This document shows, piece after piece, positions 41,475 to 54,329 of a DNA stretch of 64,000 bases. Below the pieces are notes generated by a model. The model had not been told where the DNA came from and ran no database searches. It saw only the letters and a program-made list of their open reading frames with translations. A program made the translations under genes and the position numbers. Within the stretch, counting starts at the first letter, position 1. Each line of letters begins with the position of its first letter. The stretch spans positions 50,158,001 to 50,222,000 of the forward strand of contig OX597814.1 in NCBI GenBank assembly GCA_951406725.2. The letters are read 5' to 3'. Origin of the DNA: Octopus vulgaris. Lineage: Eukaryota.

Positions 41475-42735
41475 CAGATCATGTCAGGTCACTTATGAGG
41501 CTCTCGTAAGCGCTACAGGCAACATGGAATCCAGTACAACGTGTAGCATGGTCGAGGTGTTGGCGATTAAAGCGGCACTCCTACCATGCTACTTTGGTGA
41601 GGAAGGTTGCTAGAAACCCAGCAGGATTAAAAGCAAAACCTGTTGAAAGGTCGGATGAACCTAGTGCAGCTTCAACGGCTATCTAGCAAAATTCCGGGTA
41701 CGCAGAAATTTTGGGATGGTGTCCGGTGTTCAAGATGACCACTGGGGGTGAGGAACCCCTCAGCCTCTGTTGAGGCATGTCTCTAGAAGGTCACTCTGAT
41801 ATAAAACCAGATATGAAGGGAATGGCATTGGACATTTTGGGGATCTTTGGTTTGTGCTAGAGATCATGGCGCTCCCACATCCCTGAGCCAGCGACTCATA
41901 TTGGCATCAGACATCGCGTTCTGGCTTGTCTCTGGATAATGTCAATAGAGTGGAGAGGATCTATGAGGTGTCGTGCAAGCCTTATTGGACCTAAAACGCT
42001 GCACAGTCACTGCTGACCTCTGCTCGATATGTGTTGCTTTTCTATTTTTTATTCCTATATATATTTATTTTATTTTCAGTATATACGTATTCTTCTTTTA
42101 TCTTTTACTTGTTTCAGTCATTTGACTGCGGCCATGCTGGAGCACCGCCTTTAGTCGAGCAAATCTACCCCGGGACTTATTCTTTGTACGCCCAGTACTT
42201 ATTCTATCGGTCTCTTTTGCCGAACAGCTAAGTGACGGGGACATAAACACACCAGCATCGGTTGTCAAGCAATGTTAGGGGGACAAACACAGATACACAA
42301 ACACACACACATACATATATACATACATACATATATACGACAAGCTTCTTTCAGTTTCCGTCTACCAAATCCACTCAAAAGGCATTGGTCGGCCCGGTGC
42401 TATAGCAGAAGACACTTGCCCAAGGTGCCACGCAGTGGGACTGAATCCGGAACCATGTGGTTGGTTAGCAAGCTACTTACCACACAGCCACTCCTGCGCC
42501 TACGTATCTTTATTTTTTGTATATATTCATTTTATTTTTATTCGGAAGTCCTGCTGCGATGGGAAGGTGGCGAAGCATGCAGATCTGACGGCTTAGAAGC
42601 ATGTAGTCAGCGACCTACACGTAGGCGACCCATGCTAGATATAAAGTCATGTCTTTATCGCCGAGGACAGTGATAGGATTCGGTTGTTGCATGGGTGTCT
42701 GAGCAGCTCCATTTGGAAAGGGCACTGCTCATCCG
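41475..42735 (+). mobile_element. GC-rich repeat-like segment resembling a LINE (RTE-type) 5' region, interrupted by a SINE
   Basis: A sharp GC-rich island (41475-42030) that resumes at 42545-42735 after the SINE. No ORF. The family assignment is recalled resemblance only. Confidence 0.4.
42091..42500 (-). mobile_element. Full-length CORE-like Octopus SINE
   Basis: Closely matches the reverse complement of 33408-33840. Candidate TSD TACGTAT at 42084-42090 and 42501-42507. Confidence 0.93.
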
Positions 42736-43331
42736 GCAATAATTATTCTTACTAAGTGGCAATCAATTTCTTTTTTCTAGAGGCACATACTCTCTTGGGC
42801 AGTGAATCTATCATTTACTCTTGTGGAATGTTATAATATTGAAGGTAATATTAAAAAAACTTACCACTTCTTTGCTTCCTAACTCGCAAATTCACATATC
42901 TGAAAGCTTCAAACAGATGCGTTAGACAACCTCACACACTACCACACATATACACACGCTCACTCACATGCACACATAAATGCACGGAGTATATACACGT
43001 ATATACACGGACCACACACGCATACATTATCTCACACAGGTGCGCATATTTGCTTATTCACAAGCATACACATACACATGTACGCTCCCATACATACACA
43101 TAAACACGTTGTTTGGGTAGCAGCCATTTGAAAATTTAAATCACACCGACAGCGATTCAGTTAAAATATTGTTTGGCAATAACTTTTCTTACAAAGCGGC
43201 AATCAATTTCGTTTTTCTAGAGGCACATACTCTCTTGGGCAGTGAATCTATCGTTTACTCTTGTGGAATGTAATAATGTTGAAAGTAGTGTTAAAAAAAC
43301 TTACCACTTCCTTTGCTTCCTAACTCGCAAA
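42735..43331. repeat. Local direct duplication of about 156 bp (42735-42890 and 43175-43331)
   Basis: Both copies read GGCAATAA...CTAGAGGCACATACTCTCTTGGGCAGTGAATCTATC...AAAAAAACTTACCACTTC..TTTGCTTCCTAACTCGCAAA. Confidence 0.92.
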
Positions 43332-44515
43332 GCAAAAAATAATGCTTCGGAATGTGGCTGAAAATCGTCTGGCATAAAATGGTCACAACCTCTACTGTAT
43401 TATTTACTAATACGTACTGGTAGTCCTTGAAAAGCTCGTTGCTACTCTATTTTATGGAATATTTTATTTTTTATCTTGTGTAAGAGCGCAATACTAGTGG
43501 CCTTCTTACTTGCTTTAATCTTTCCGTAAGAAATTTCTACTGAGTTATTGAGGGTTGCTTATTAGCTATCCGTTTAGGCGAGGGGTATGGTGTGGTTTAA
43601 CTCTTATTAAAGACATGTTCAAATTTGAAATTTTAATTCACCAAAAAGTCTGGGTATGCTCCTACTGGACTTTATCTTGGTATAGGTTTAGCTTTGTATA
43701 TATAGGGCTTTATTTTAAAATATATTTTTATCGTAAAATTAAGTATGGTACATTTTTTACTCACAATGAAGCAAATTCACTTTCTACGAAACAGAAGTAA
43801 TACTAGGAAAACTACAGGAATTCGATATCAATTTAAAAGGAGAGATATACAAATCATCTGAATAAATGCTACTGAGAACCAAAAGCAACAATTAAACAAG
43901 TCAACGTTAATTCTTTTAAAATGATAAGCTGTTCTCTCAATGGTAGTTTGCAAAACAAATTGCAAAGTAAATATTATATAATGTCAACCAGAAGGTTACA
44001 ATGAAGGTAGCCGAACATTATTAAATGTGAGCAATATCAACTGAAGATATCACGTTCAGAGAGCAAGAAAACCAACTCGCGCCCTTATCAAAACAACACA
44101 TACTACTAATGCGTCAATGGAAGAGTTCATACGTAAACACTAGGCCAAATCTCACTCAAAGTATAGTTCCGCCTTAAAAAAGACAGAATATTTTAGATAC
44201 TATAGCCGCTTATAACTATAAAAAGTCAGTGTGGCCACAACTGGTATATTTTTAATCACAATTATGCTCCGAAAGGTTAAAACAGTAGAAACAGGAACAA
44301 ATGCTCGTAACTATACGGGTAACTAAAAAAAATAGCGAAAGTATAATAGTATAATACATGTTAGCACATGAGTTATAGCACAAACGCACGCACACGCGTT
44401 CATGTATTCGTTCGAAGGTAACGACACTCCGCTGAATTTTTCCGTATATGTATTCTTTCAATGCATGTGTGTGTATGTGTGTATGAGTGTGCGTGTGTGT
44501 GTATGTGTGTGGATT

Positions 44516-44547
<32 letters not shown>

Positions 44548-45523
44548 CGTGTTGCGGAAACATATGACTCTGTGTAGTCTTAACATATTTAATGGAGTTA
44601 GCTCATATTTTCGCATGAGCTCCTTACGGTCTGTTGAGAACTACAAGGTGCTTAATCCCATCATAATCATCAACGTTTCTTAATGCCACAGTCTCATCAA
44701 CAGAATATAAATTACTGTTGGCGTGTGTAACTGCCTCATTTTATGAACAACAAATGTGATATCTCTAGCATTTATCTCTCAAATTTGTTTAGACGTTTTC
44801 GATGTTTTGACTGGCATATGAAATTCGATTGTTAGTTGTATGCGTCATTAGTCACAATAACATTATACATAATATGCATTGAAAATACACATATCATACA
44901 CAAAATATACTATCAATCAAAATGCACAGTAACCACACTTTTAGGAGAACGGCTCTTCAAGGGTCTCAAATAAAGAGAAAATGCATCATACTAAATCTAA
45001 AACCACTACTAATAATATACTACAGAAACATTAAAATTGGAAATACCCTTATTAGCAACTAACTACATGCCTTTTATATAAAGAAAATAGGTCAGCTGAC
45101 CAACGCGGTCAATACTTTTGATTGTAATGGTGAAAGTCGTAAACTTCATAACTCCTACTGTTAAATTGGCCATTGTATGCTCTATGCATGTACGAAACAA
45201 GGAAATCTAATACTCTACTCCGTAAAACAGAAAATGAAAACTAGGGTTGAAGTTATTAGCGGATAACAGAAGCATAATGTTTGAAACGGTTCCAGTGTTA
45301 AACCTAAGACATAATAACCCGGTTTCCAATACATTTTTAAAGAAAAAAGCTATTTCATACACATACATTTACTGAATGTATGTGTGCGCGCACGGATGTG
45401 TGTCGTTTGTAAAAAAACACAAATCCGAAGCACCCTCCAAGATGTAGAGCAGTTAATATTATAAAGGGGGAGGCAACCCCATAAACCTATTATGATATAT
45501 ATATATAAATATATATAATAAAT

Positions 45524-45602
<79 letters not shown>

Positions 45603-45605
45603 CAT

Positions 45606-45663
<58 letters not shown>

Positions 45664-46208
45664 CTGCAAACAATAGAGAGATGAAAGATAGATAGACACA
45701 TAGATAGATATTACGAAATTATAAGTTCATCTATATATTTTCAACATGTATGAAATACGATACTTAAGCCTTGAGAATGTTAAGTGTTCAATACTTCAAA
45801 ATGTACTCACCTCTGGTAATGAGTAGGAATATTCAAGTAGTTGATAATCGAGGGCTGGGATATAGATGTTTACAATACAATTTATAATTATTTATTGAGG
45901 TTCTTCACAAAAATAGCAAGACGTTCCATGAAATAAATTGGAAATAGTATTTTGTTTTTCTTGCTATGCATTGTTTATTTGAATCGATATTTTTAATCAT
46001 GTTATTCGACGTATCGAGAATTCCTCAAGGTTTGGACGTGCGGATATATATACATGTGACTATGTGTGAATGTGACTATGTGTGAATGTGAGTGCGTATT
46101 GTTTTAATACACGCGCGCACAGGCACTCACACACATATCTATAACTATTACATATATGTAAATATTTATACTCACACACAAACATATATATACATATTTG
46201 TATGTGTT

Positions 46209-46261
<53 letters not shown>

Positions 46262-46719
46262 CATATAAATACATATATATATACATGCATATAAGTTTGT
46301 ACATATGAATTTCTTGAGATTCACTGGAGTATGCGTGTTTACATCGATTCACAAATAGAGACGCATATATATACATAAACCTGATCTACCTCCTAAAGCT
46401 TGCATTTGTTTCCGCAAGGACTCCCCCACACACACACACGTATGTATGTGTGTGTGTGTGTATATGTGTGCATATCGAAGTGTGCTCGTGTGGTGTATGT
46501 GTGTGTGTATGTATGTGTATGTATGTGTGTATGTGTATGTATGTGTGTGTGTGTGTATGGAAGTGTGCTTGTGTAGTGTATATATATATATATGTTTGTG
46601 GCCTGGGTAAATTCGTACAAGCAGAAATGTATTTGACTTCATGCCTTATATTTAATTCGGCGCGTCACATGTCTGTTCAAATCTCTGCAATACGAGCTAT
46701 TTCCACATTTCAACATGGC

Positions 46720-47680
46720 TGTTATTAATCGGGTGTTGTCCATGTAGTCATCTTGATTCAAAGCCTTACAGTTATGTGACCCAATTGATATTATATTTGA
46801 TCGCTAATAAAAGTATCAGTTATGATAAGATTTTATCATATGTTAAATTTCCTCACATTCTTTGAAACATAATTTGAATGTTCTCAACAGATTTATTTCA
46901 TTTGAAGTTGTTGGATGCAGTTGATTGTTGAGGTTATCAATGATGTCGAGTACTTTCATAATAAATGCCTGGAGTTGGCTCAATTTTGAAGTTAATCAGA
47001 AGTAATGATACTATGAGGCGGCATGAAATAAGATAAGCTCAGTACTTTTGCTCATCATTGGATGATGTAGAGTTTATTTGTGAAATAGATGTTTCAACTC
47101 TTAGACTCGTTCCTAAACGCTGGTACCAATCTATAAATCTTCATCCGATGTTCGTTTTCTTTCTTGGATCCTTTACTTTCCTATTACGTTTGGATAATGA
47201 TGAAGAGTTTCCCAGCTGGTAATGGGGAAACAAGCCCTTTAAGTCGGTTTTGTAAAATATTCTCCGGAAAACTTAGAAAATTCAGGTGTTGATAATGGAT
47301 ATATACATACGGTAGTGCGAGAAAGACTTTTTTGCAAGAATATTTCTTTACATTTCTGTTATTTGATGGGTTGTACCATATGTCGTTCTGCTTCTTGTGT
47401 GATTAGAGTAGTTGTTCTACACATCTAGCAATGATTAATAGTTGAGGTTTTGCACCAGTTGCAGTACTCGTCGGAACAACAGGATGCCTTTTCTTCTCGA
47501 GTAAAGAGCTTATCCTGTTATAGGTGTTGCATATGACGTGTTTGATGACATTAGGTGAGTATGTCATTAAGGTATATAGTTTTGTTTTCTAATTTGAACA
47601 GAATCGAAAGTAAAAGAGCTGTAGATTCATATTGTTCGACATATCGATTCATTATTTATGTCACCGAAAATCATACAGTT
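46720..47680 (+). pseudogene. Possible heavily decayed Penelope-like RT/GIY-YIG remnant
   Basis: Weak motifs in the expected order: ISFEV, YF..LDD, NLHP..F and YGSARKT..ISLH. Many stops. Confidence 0.25.
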
Positions 47681-48334
47681 TCACTGGAAACACTTCCTAT
47701 AAATGCATAAATAAATGCACACGCCGACAAACATGTACCAATACACACACACGCGCACACATACACACAAACACACAGACACATACGCGCACACGCACAC
47801 ACGCACATACGCGCACACGCACACACGCACACACGCGCACACGCACACACGCGCATCCCCCCACAAATATGTGTCTGTGCATATATTGATGTATACCAAT
47901 ATATTCTTGCATATATACTAGATCATACCATATTTGTTTTATAGCATAGGAAAATATATAGACATATATGCTTTTAAAGAGATATTTATATATTTCTAAT
48001 GTGCCAGTGCACTCAGGGAGATTGCTTCATGTATGAGCAATTATCCAAACTTGATACTTAGGAAGAATATAATGCTTTGACTGTACGTGTGTCTGTGAGT
48101 ATAGTTCTTTTCTCCGTACAAATATCAAAGGAAGATTTCTAAAAAATACTGCGACACAGCTCGGTATACTGAACGTCCTTCTCCTCGTCGTTTTGTAACA
48201 CACGATCACTCGAGAATATATTCAAATACTTTAGACATATTCGTGTCTTTCTTTCCCTTCTGAGTGTACATGAGTTGTGCGAAACCTTAAACAATCTTAA
48301 GAGGTAAGGTAAGTTAATATAGATATATTTTTAA

Positions 48335-48474
<140 letters not shown>

Positions 48475-48752
48475 AGGTAAGAAGAATTAGTGGTTGTAGT
48501 AACCGACTAAGTGGTAAAGGTATCCCTATTTACTATCGGTATCCAATTACTTGTGCCATCCCTGGGCATGGGTATGCAAGCACACTATGCAACAAGAGCT
48601 TATCAGGAATCAAGTTTAAATAATCAGAAAATGGAGAAAACCTTTGATCAACAAACAAATTGGACCACATCTGTAAATTATTTTTTAATACAAAACATGA
48701 CATAACATTTCTATGACATAGAAATATATATATATATATATATATATATAAA

Positions 48753-49466
48753 CAACTAATAAGGGTGAGAAAATTGGATACTAATTTAATAGTACCATCA
48801 ATTTAACACCAAGTGGCTTAGTGCATAAAAACCAGGAATACAATAAATTTTATATGTAAATATAAGAGAGTCACCACTATGTGGTCGACTCTAGCACTAA
48901 AAATAGATCCGCTAAGGTTTCAGCCACGAAGAATTGTTTCCGATGAAAGTTAGCACAACTATTAGCGTAAACGAACAGGGCAAATAAAAAATAACAAAAA
49001 TGCAGATTAATTCAGGACAATTGCTTCGGTATTAATAAATTATGTAATTTTACTCACATACCATATCTGTAGCTCCTCAGCTGAATTTGTCTAGAATTCA
49101 ATTTACTCAACCGCATGCCAGATTTTACCATAACGATAAACACACATGCGGTTCAGTCGATTGCATTCGCCGTTATAATTCAAGTGCCCTCGCCAAAGCC
49201 CGCCACAATTCACGGAAACAGATACTACATCAAAAATTAAATGCAGTATAATTACAATCAACTAATAAGGGTGAGAAAATTGGATATTAATTTAAAAGTA
49301 CCATCAATTTAACACCAAGTGGCTTAGTGCATAAAAACCAGGAATACAATAAATGTTATATGTAAATATAAGAGAGTGACCACTATGTGGTCGACTCTAG
49401 CACTAAAAATAGATCCGCTAAGGTTTCAGCCACGAAGAATTGTTTCCGATGAAAGTTAGCACAACT
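48753..49466 (-). mobile_element. Retrozyme-like or non-autonomous Penelope-like unit: 208-bp direct terminal repeats, 506-bp period, inside (TA)n
   Basis: 48753-48960 and 49259-49466 differ at 4 positions. (TA)n lies on both sides. There is an internal hammerhead fold and no ORF. Confidence 0.75.
49009..49087 (-). ncRNA. Minimal type-I hammerhead ribozyme motif (probably degenerate in this copy)
   Basis: Minus strand AATTCAG-CTGAGGA-GCTA...AATACC-GAAG-CAATTG-TC-CTGAATT. This gives a 7-bp stem I, a CUGANGA core, a palindromic minimal stem III and a GUC site. GAAA reads GAAG and stem II is imperfect. Confidence 0.65.
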
Positions 49467-49594
49467 TATATATATATATATATATATATAACCGTCTACA
49501 GATCCATACATACTCGTATATGTATCAATAGAGTGGATGTCTATCTTAATCGAAGTGTGCTGCGAAACCGATTGTTAAGATTGGCTGTAATCTA

Positions 49595-49650
<56 letters not shown>

Positions 49651-49660
49651 CATATATATA

Positions 49661-49999
49661 AAGGTAAAGACCCCCTTCGGTCATGAATGACCATGGGATT
49701 GCACCTAGAAAGTTACCCTCCTAGACACAAGTCTGGGCAAGGTTGTTTATGGAAGACCAGCAGTCGCCCATGCATACCAGCCTCCCCTCTCCACGCAACC
49801 AGTGTTATCCAAGGGAAAGACAAAGGTCGATACAGCTTGGCACCAGTGACGTCGCAACTCATTTCTACAGCTGAGTTAACTGGTGCAACGTGAAATAAAG
49901 TGCTTTGCTCAAGAGCACAACACGCAGCCCAGTCCGGGATTCGAGCTCACAACCTCACGATCGTAAGCTCGACGCTCTAACCACTGAGCCATGCGCCTT
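49661..49999 (-). mobile_element. tRNA-derived SINE (GGCGCATGGCTCAGTGG head)
   Basis: A-box TGGCTCAGTGG, B-box-like GAGCTCGAATCC, core GTTGTGCTCTTGAGCAAAGCACTTTATTTCACG and a distinct LINE-like tail ending TCTTTACCTTT. Confidence 0.88.
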
Positions 50000-50008
50000 C
50001 ACACACAC

Positions 50009-50112
<104 letters not shown>

Positions 50113-50260
50113 GTGATGTACACTTCTCTGAAACCAATGGTAACCTTGTTAAGCCACAAATAAAGAATATTTATGCACCATCGCAGTGACGAGTACTCAC
50201 AGACGCACACACAAGCAAAAACACACACACACATACACACACTCAGGCACGCACATATAA

Positions 50261-50536
50261 AGGCGCATGGCTTAGTGGTTAGGGTATTCGGGTTACGATC
50301 GTAAGGTCGTGACCTTACTTCCCGGCGACAAGTTGTGTCTTTGAGCAAGACACTTTATTTCACGTTTTTCCATTCTACTCAGCTGGCAAAAATGAATAGT
50401 ACTTTTATTTCAAAGGGGCCAGCTTTGTTACAGTCTGTGTCACGTTGATTCTCCATAAAAAGTACGTTGAGGATATACGTGTCTGTGGAGCGCTCAGCCA
50501 CTTTCACGTTCCGTCATCATAACCGACGGAGTGCCT
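50261..50536 (+). mobile_element. tRNA-derived SINE (GGCGCATGGCTTAGTGG head)
   Basis: Same head and core as the 49661-49999 copy (GTTGTGTCTTTGAGCAAGACACTTTATTTCACG), with a different tail ending ACCGACGGAGTGCC. Confidence 0.88.
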
Positions 50537-50544
50537 TATATATA

Positions 50545-50730
50545 TGAAATTTACAGAAAAACAAATGACGAAGACAGTTGTATAAACAACAAGCAGGTGC
50601 ATTACTTTGACGCTTGGGAAGGAGTGAAAGTCTTACATTTCGAGTCTATGCTCTTCAACAGAAACATGATGAAATAAACAGAGAGAGAATGAAAAAACAT
50701 TTGGAGTTAGCGGTCAATCATAGCGACTGG
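50545..50730 (-). repeat. Repeat fragment with a degenerate Penelope-type hammerhead-like motif
   Basis: Minus strand 50664-50631 reads TTT-CTGTTGA-AGAGCATAGACTC-GAAA-TGTAAGA. The core deviates from CUGANGA. Confidence 0.35.
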
Positions 50731-50939
50731 TAGTAAGCCAGGAGAGCTAGGAAGAAAGCGAGATAATAAAGTACTGGTGGTCCCAAAACGAGGGTACGCA
50801 TGCGTGTGTGTATGTGAGAGTTTGTAAGTGTGTGCATGTAGGTACGGGATGGTGACTGTGACGTGTGGATGTGTGTGTGCGTCTGTAATGTGTGGGTGTG
50901 TGTATGATAATGTGGGTGCTTGGAAGTCGTCAGTGCTAG

Positions 50940-51182
50940 TGATGTGGGGGTGGTGTGATGTGGTGTGGTGGTGTGTGGTGTGATGTGGTGTGGTGGTGTG
51001 TGGTGTGGCGGTGTTGGGATGTGATGATGGGGTATGGGTATGGGGTGTGGATTTGGGGTGAGGTCGTGGGGAGAGGATGTGGGTGTGGGACGAGGAAGTG
51101 GTGTGGGGCGAGAAAGTAGGGTGGGGCTTGGATTGAGGGAGGGGTGGGGTATGTGGGAGTGGGATGCGTGAGGGTGGGTTGG
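50940..51182 (+). repeat. G/T-rich low-complexity tract with many G3-4 runs
   Basis: Directly visible, for example GGGGTATGGGTATGGGG and GGGAGGGGTGGGGTATGTGGGAGTGGG. Confidence 0.9.
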
Positions 51183-51339
51183 ATATATATAAATATACTC
51201 ATACACATATATTCCAGCATATTTTCACATATATACTAGGTGTATTGTATATTATGCAAGGATCGAAATATATGATAGCGTATATCGAAGACACTCCAAC
51301 AGACATATAGGTACATTACGTAACTTCGACGTGGTAGAA

Positions 51340-51400
51340 TTGTCCTCAACATCATCATCATCGCAAACACTGCACACATCGTTGGCATCATTGTCATCAC

Positions 51401-51433
<33 letters not shown>

Positions 51434-52120
51434 TGTCATCGTCATCATTTTCACAATCAGCACGCACAATAACCACATTTTATTAACGCTCAATATGCAC
51501 TTCATAAACTCTCTCCTTAAACTGCAGCTATAATAAAATGAATAAATATCCGAATACATTATACTCAGAGCTAAATTTGCCATCCTGTAGTCTTGGTGGG
51601 TGGGGGGAGAATATATGGTTACAGTTGGAACGATTTTGAGCAGGTCAGCTTCATCAGGGTTGTCCTGAAGAATTGAAGAACCAAGGACCTCCATCACCTC
51701 CATCACCATTTCCACCATCACAACCACCACCAACAACAACAAAAAAAAGCAACAACACAGCCACCAAAACCACCACCACAACTACTGTGGCGGCTGCTGT
51801 TACTGCTATTACCCCTTCATCACTACTACCACTACTACTGCTTCTGCTGCTGATACCACAACCAGAAAATGAAGCCGCCGCTTTCACCGTCACCATCACC
51901 GCATTCAGCATGTGCATCGTAAAGTATTAATCGTCATAAGGTTAATGTGTGACAATGTGCGATAAACTGCACCGTATATTAGAATGCAACCATTGTACAA
52001 ACGCACTTGCTTACACCTCGCTTTGGGCCAATTCAAGTAATTTTAATTTCACAGGAGTCTCTGTGAAATAAATATTCAAAATTACCTTCTTCTCATAAAT
52101 GTTTTGCGGTGCTTTTTATT

Positions 52121-52164
<44 letters not shown>

Positions 52165-52249
52165 TAATTATTATTACTAAAATCTATGAACAATTGTTTT
52201 TTTTTATTATCGTTATTATATTATTATTCAATAAGAATCCTTGTAGTGC

Positions 52250-52282
<33 letters not shown>

Positions 52283-52350
52283 ACGACAACATTAGTACAA
52301 ACAGAAGCAGCAATAACAACACCAATAACAGCAAGGACATCATCATCACC
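51340..52350. repeat. Cluster of imperfect trinucleotide repeats (CAT, CAC, CAA, CTA)
   Basis: Directly visible. Confidence 0.9.
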
Positions 52351-52611
52351 GTAATCTTCACACTGAGCCTGCGATTTTGTTTTTGAAAGGTAAAATACAG
52401 GAAGCCGAAGCGCCGTCAATAACAGACGGAACGGTGTGATGTACAAAAAGTCCCTTATCCAACTGTCACTGAAGCCAACTCTTCCTTTCGAGCCTTCCGA
52501 GTTCGAAAATATAAAGTAAGATTGACTGTTCCCTTCTGTCAGGAATCAGCATGATATAAAACAATAGATTCAATTCACTCTATAACGTGGGTGGATAGGT
52601 ACCAATGTAAT

Positions 52612-52775
52612 AAAAAGCAACGAACTGGTAAAATAGGTAAGAGAATCGGATAAGATTCCTCGTGGCATTTTGTTATGCCTCTTAACGTTCTGAATTCAAA
52701 TCTCACTGAAGTCAATGAAATCAATTTGCCCCTCCCTCAAAATTGCTGGCCTTGTACCAAAAATTAGAATTAATT
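52612..52775 (+). mobile_element. Degraded, internally deleted Deu/Nin-type SINE
   Basis: Head remnant, ACGTTCTGAATTCAAATC B-box region and GGCCTTGTACCAAAA tail. Confidence 0.65.
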
Positions 52776-53019
52776 ATTATTATTACTGCAAGAAATAATT
52801 ATACTTTAGCAGAAAGCCACCATTATGGGAGGAATGCAGCAAATTCGATTACATCAGCTACAATAATGAGTGGTACCTATGATATCAATGTCAAACTTAC
52901 GCGAAGTATAAACTGAGGAAAATTGTCATCTGCAACAAAAACAAAACCTGACAGTCAGATGACGGTCATCATTAATAAATGAATAAGCTAACTAATTATA
53001 TTTATGCACTGAGAATTTA

Positions 53020-53243
53020 ATATTGGTTTCAAATTATGGTACAAAGTCAGAAATTTCGTGGGAGAGTAAGTCAATTACATCGACCCCAGTGTTCAGCTGG
53101 TACTTTCTTTATCTACTCTGAAAGGATGAAAGGATGAAAGTCAAAGTCAACTTCCGCGGAATTTAAACTCAGAACATAGAAATGGATGAAATGCCGCCGA
53201 GCATTTTCCCCAGTGTTCTAACGATTCTGCCAGCTCGCTACCA
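53020..53243 (-). mobile_element. Deu/Nin-type SINE monomer
   Basis: ATCGACCCCAGTG..CTGGTACT..GAAAGGATGAAAG..CGATTCTGCCAGCTCGC on the plus strand. Confidence 0.85.
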
Positions 53244-54096
53244 TAGGAGAATTTAATATTTACAAAATGACAAATATTTGCCTAGTATGTTTTACTCAAG
53301 CACGGCTGACATTGCCTAATCTTCTTGGCGTATAAATATTTTTAAGAAATTAGATTTCTTTTCCTCTCTACATTAAATACGCCAGCTCTTCTTTGGTTAT
53401 AAAAAAATAACGTCGGTCCTAATGGTCTTAAAGTTAAAATGTAAATGCATTTTGTCAAGTGCTTACTGATATTGTTATCCTAATGAATCTCAAAAGAAAA
53501 ATTCAGCCTAGCTTTAAAAGTACTTGAATGGAATTCGTATTAAGGAGATCCCGCTGCTTCCCTTTACATAAATAAACATTCTTGTGATTCGGTGCAAAGA
53601 AGTTTCAGTGTGAAAATTCATGGCAGCGAATGAATTTCGTATCTTCGTATTCTCGTCTTTCATCAGGATTAAGCATGTAATTACTTCACTATCTCGATTA
53701 TCTCTGAAATCTGGTCACGATACTATCACATTGAAGCTATTAGTTTCCAGTTTAGCTTAAACACAGTATTGCACTTTCGAGTCCATGATGCTATTGATAA
53801 GTAATCCACCACCGCCTTTTCGATTTTTCTTTCTGATCTTCATCCTCAATTTTAATGTGTTTCTTCTCATCACATTTTTAGCGTGTGATAATAAGCTATA
53901 ATTAACGGATGAAATACTGGTTCAGCGCATAGTAACAATTTTCCCTCAATTATTAATTATAGGTGAGTGCTTTGAGGATGCATTCGTGTATTGTAATTTT
54001 TCATTTTATTCTCTTAAAATAAGAATATCTAACATTTTAGATCTACATTCATATTTTTTCAGTTTGTTTTAGGTGATTTTATTATTACTGTTGTTA

Positions 54097-54300
54097 GCAA
54101 GACGGCGAACTGGCAGAATAGTTAGCACGCCGGAGAAAATGCGAAGTGGCTTTTCTCTCGTCATTATGTTCTGAATTCTAATTTCGCTGAGGTCGACTTT
54201 GTCTTTCAGGTCCGATAAAGTAAGTATAAGTTGATCACTGGGATAGATGTTATCGACTTACTCTCGTTCCCGAAATTTGGCCTAGTGCCAAATACTTGAG
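54097..54300 (+). mobile_element. Deu/Nin-type SINE monomer
   Basis: GACGGCGAACTGGCAGAA..GAGGTCGACTTTGTCTTTCA..GGCCTAGTGCCAAA. Confidence 0.85.
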
Positions 54301-54329
54301 ATTATTATTATTACGTTAGTGCATGCTAA

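Noticed and set aside
49925-49998. tRNA-like sequences here and at 50261, 33408 and 11860-11935
   Set aside because: They have A and B boxes but no complete acceptor stem, and they continue into SINE bodies.
51236-51781. 181-aa minus-strand ORF with an acceptor-like site before DNPDEADLLK and a CTGATGA motif
   Set aside because: Mostly trinucleotide repeats, with no convincing donor and no GAAA for a hammerhead.
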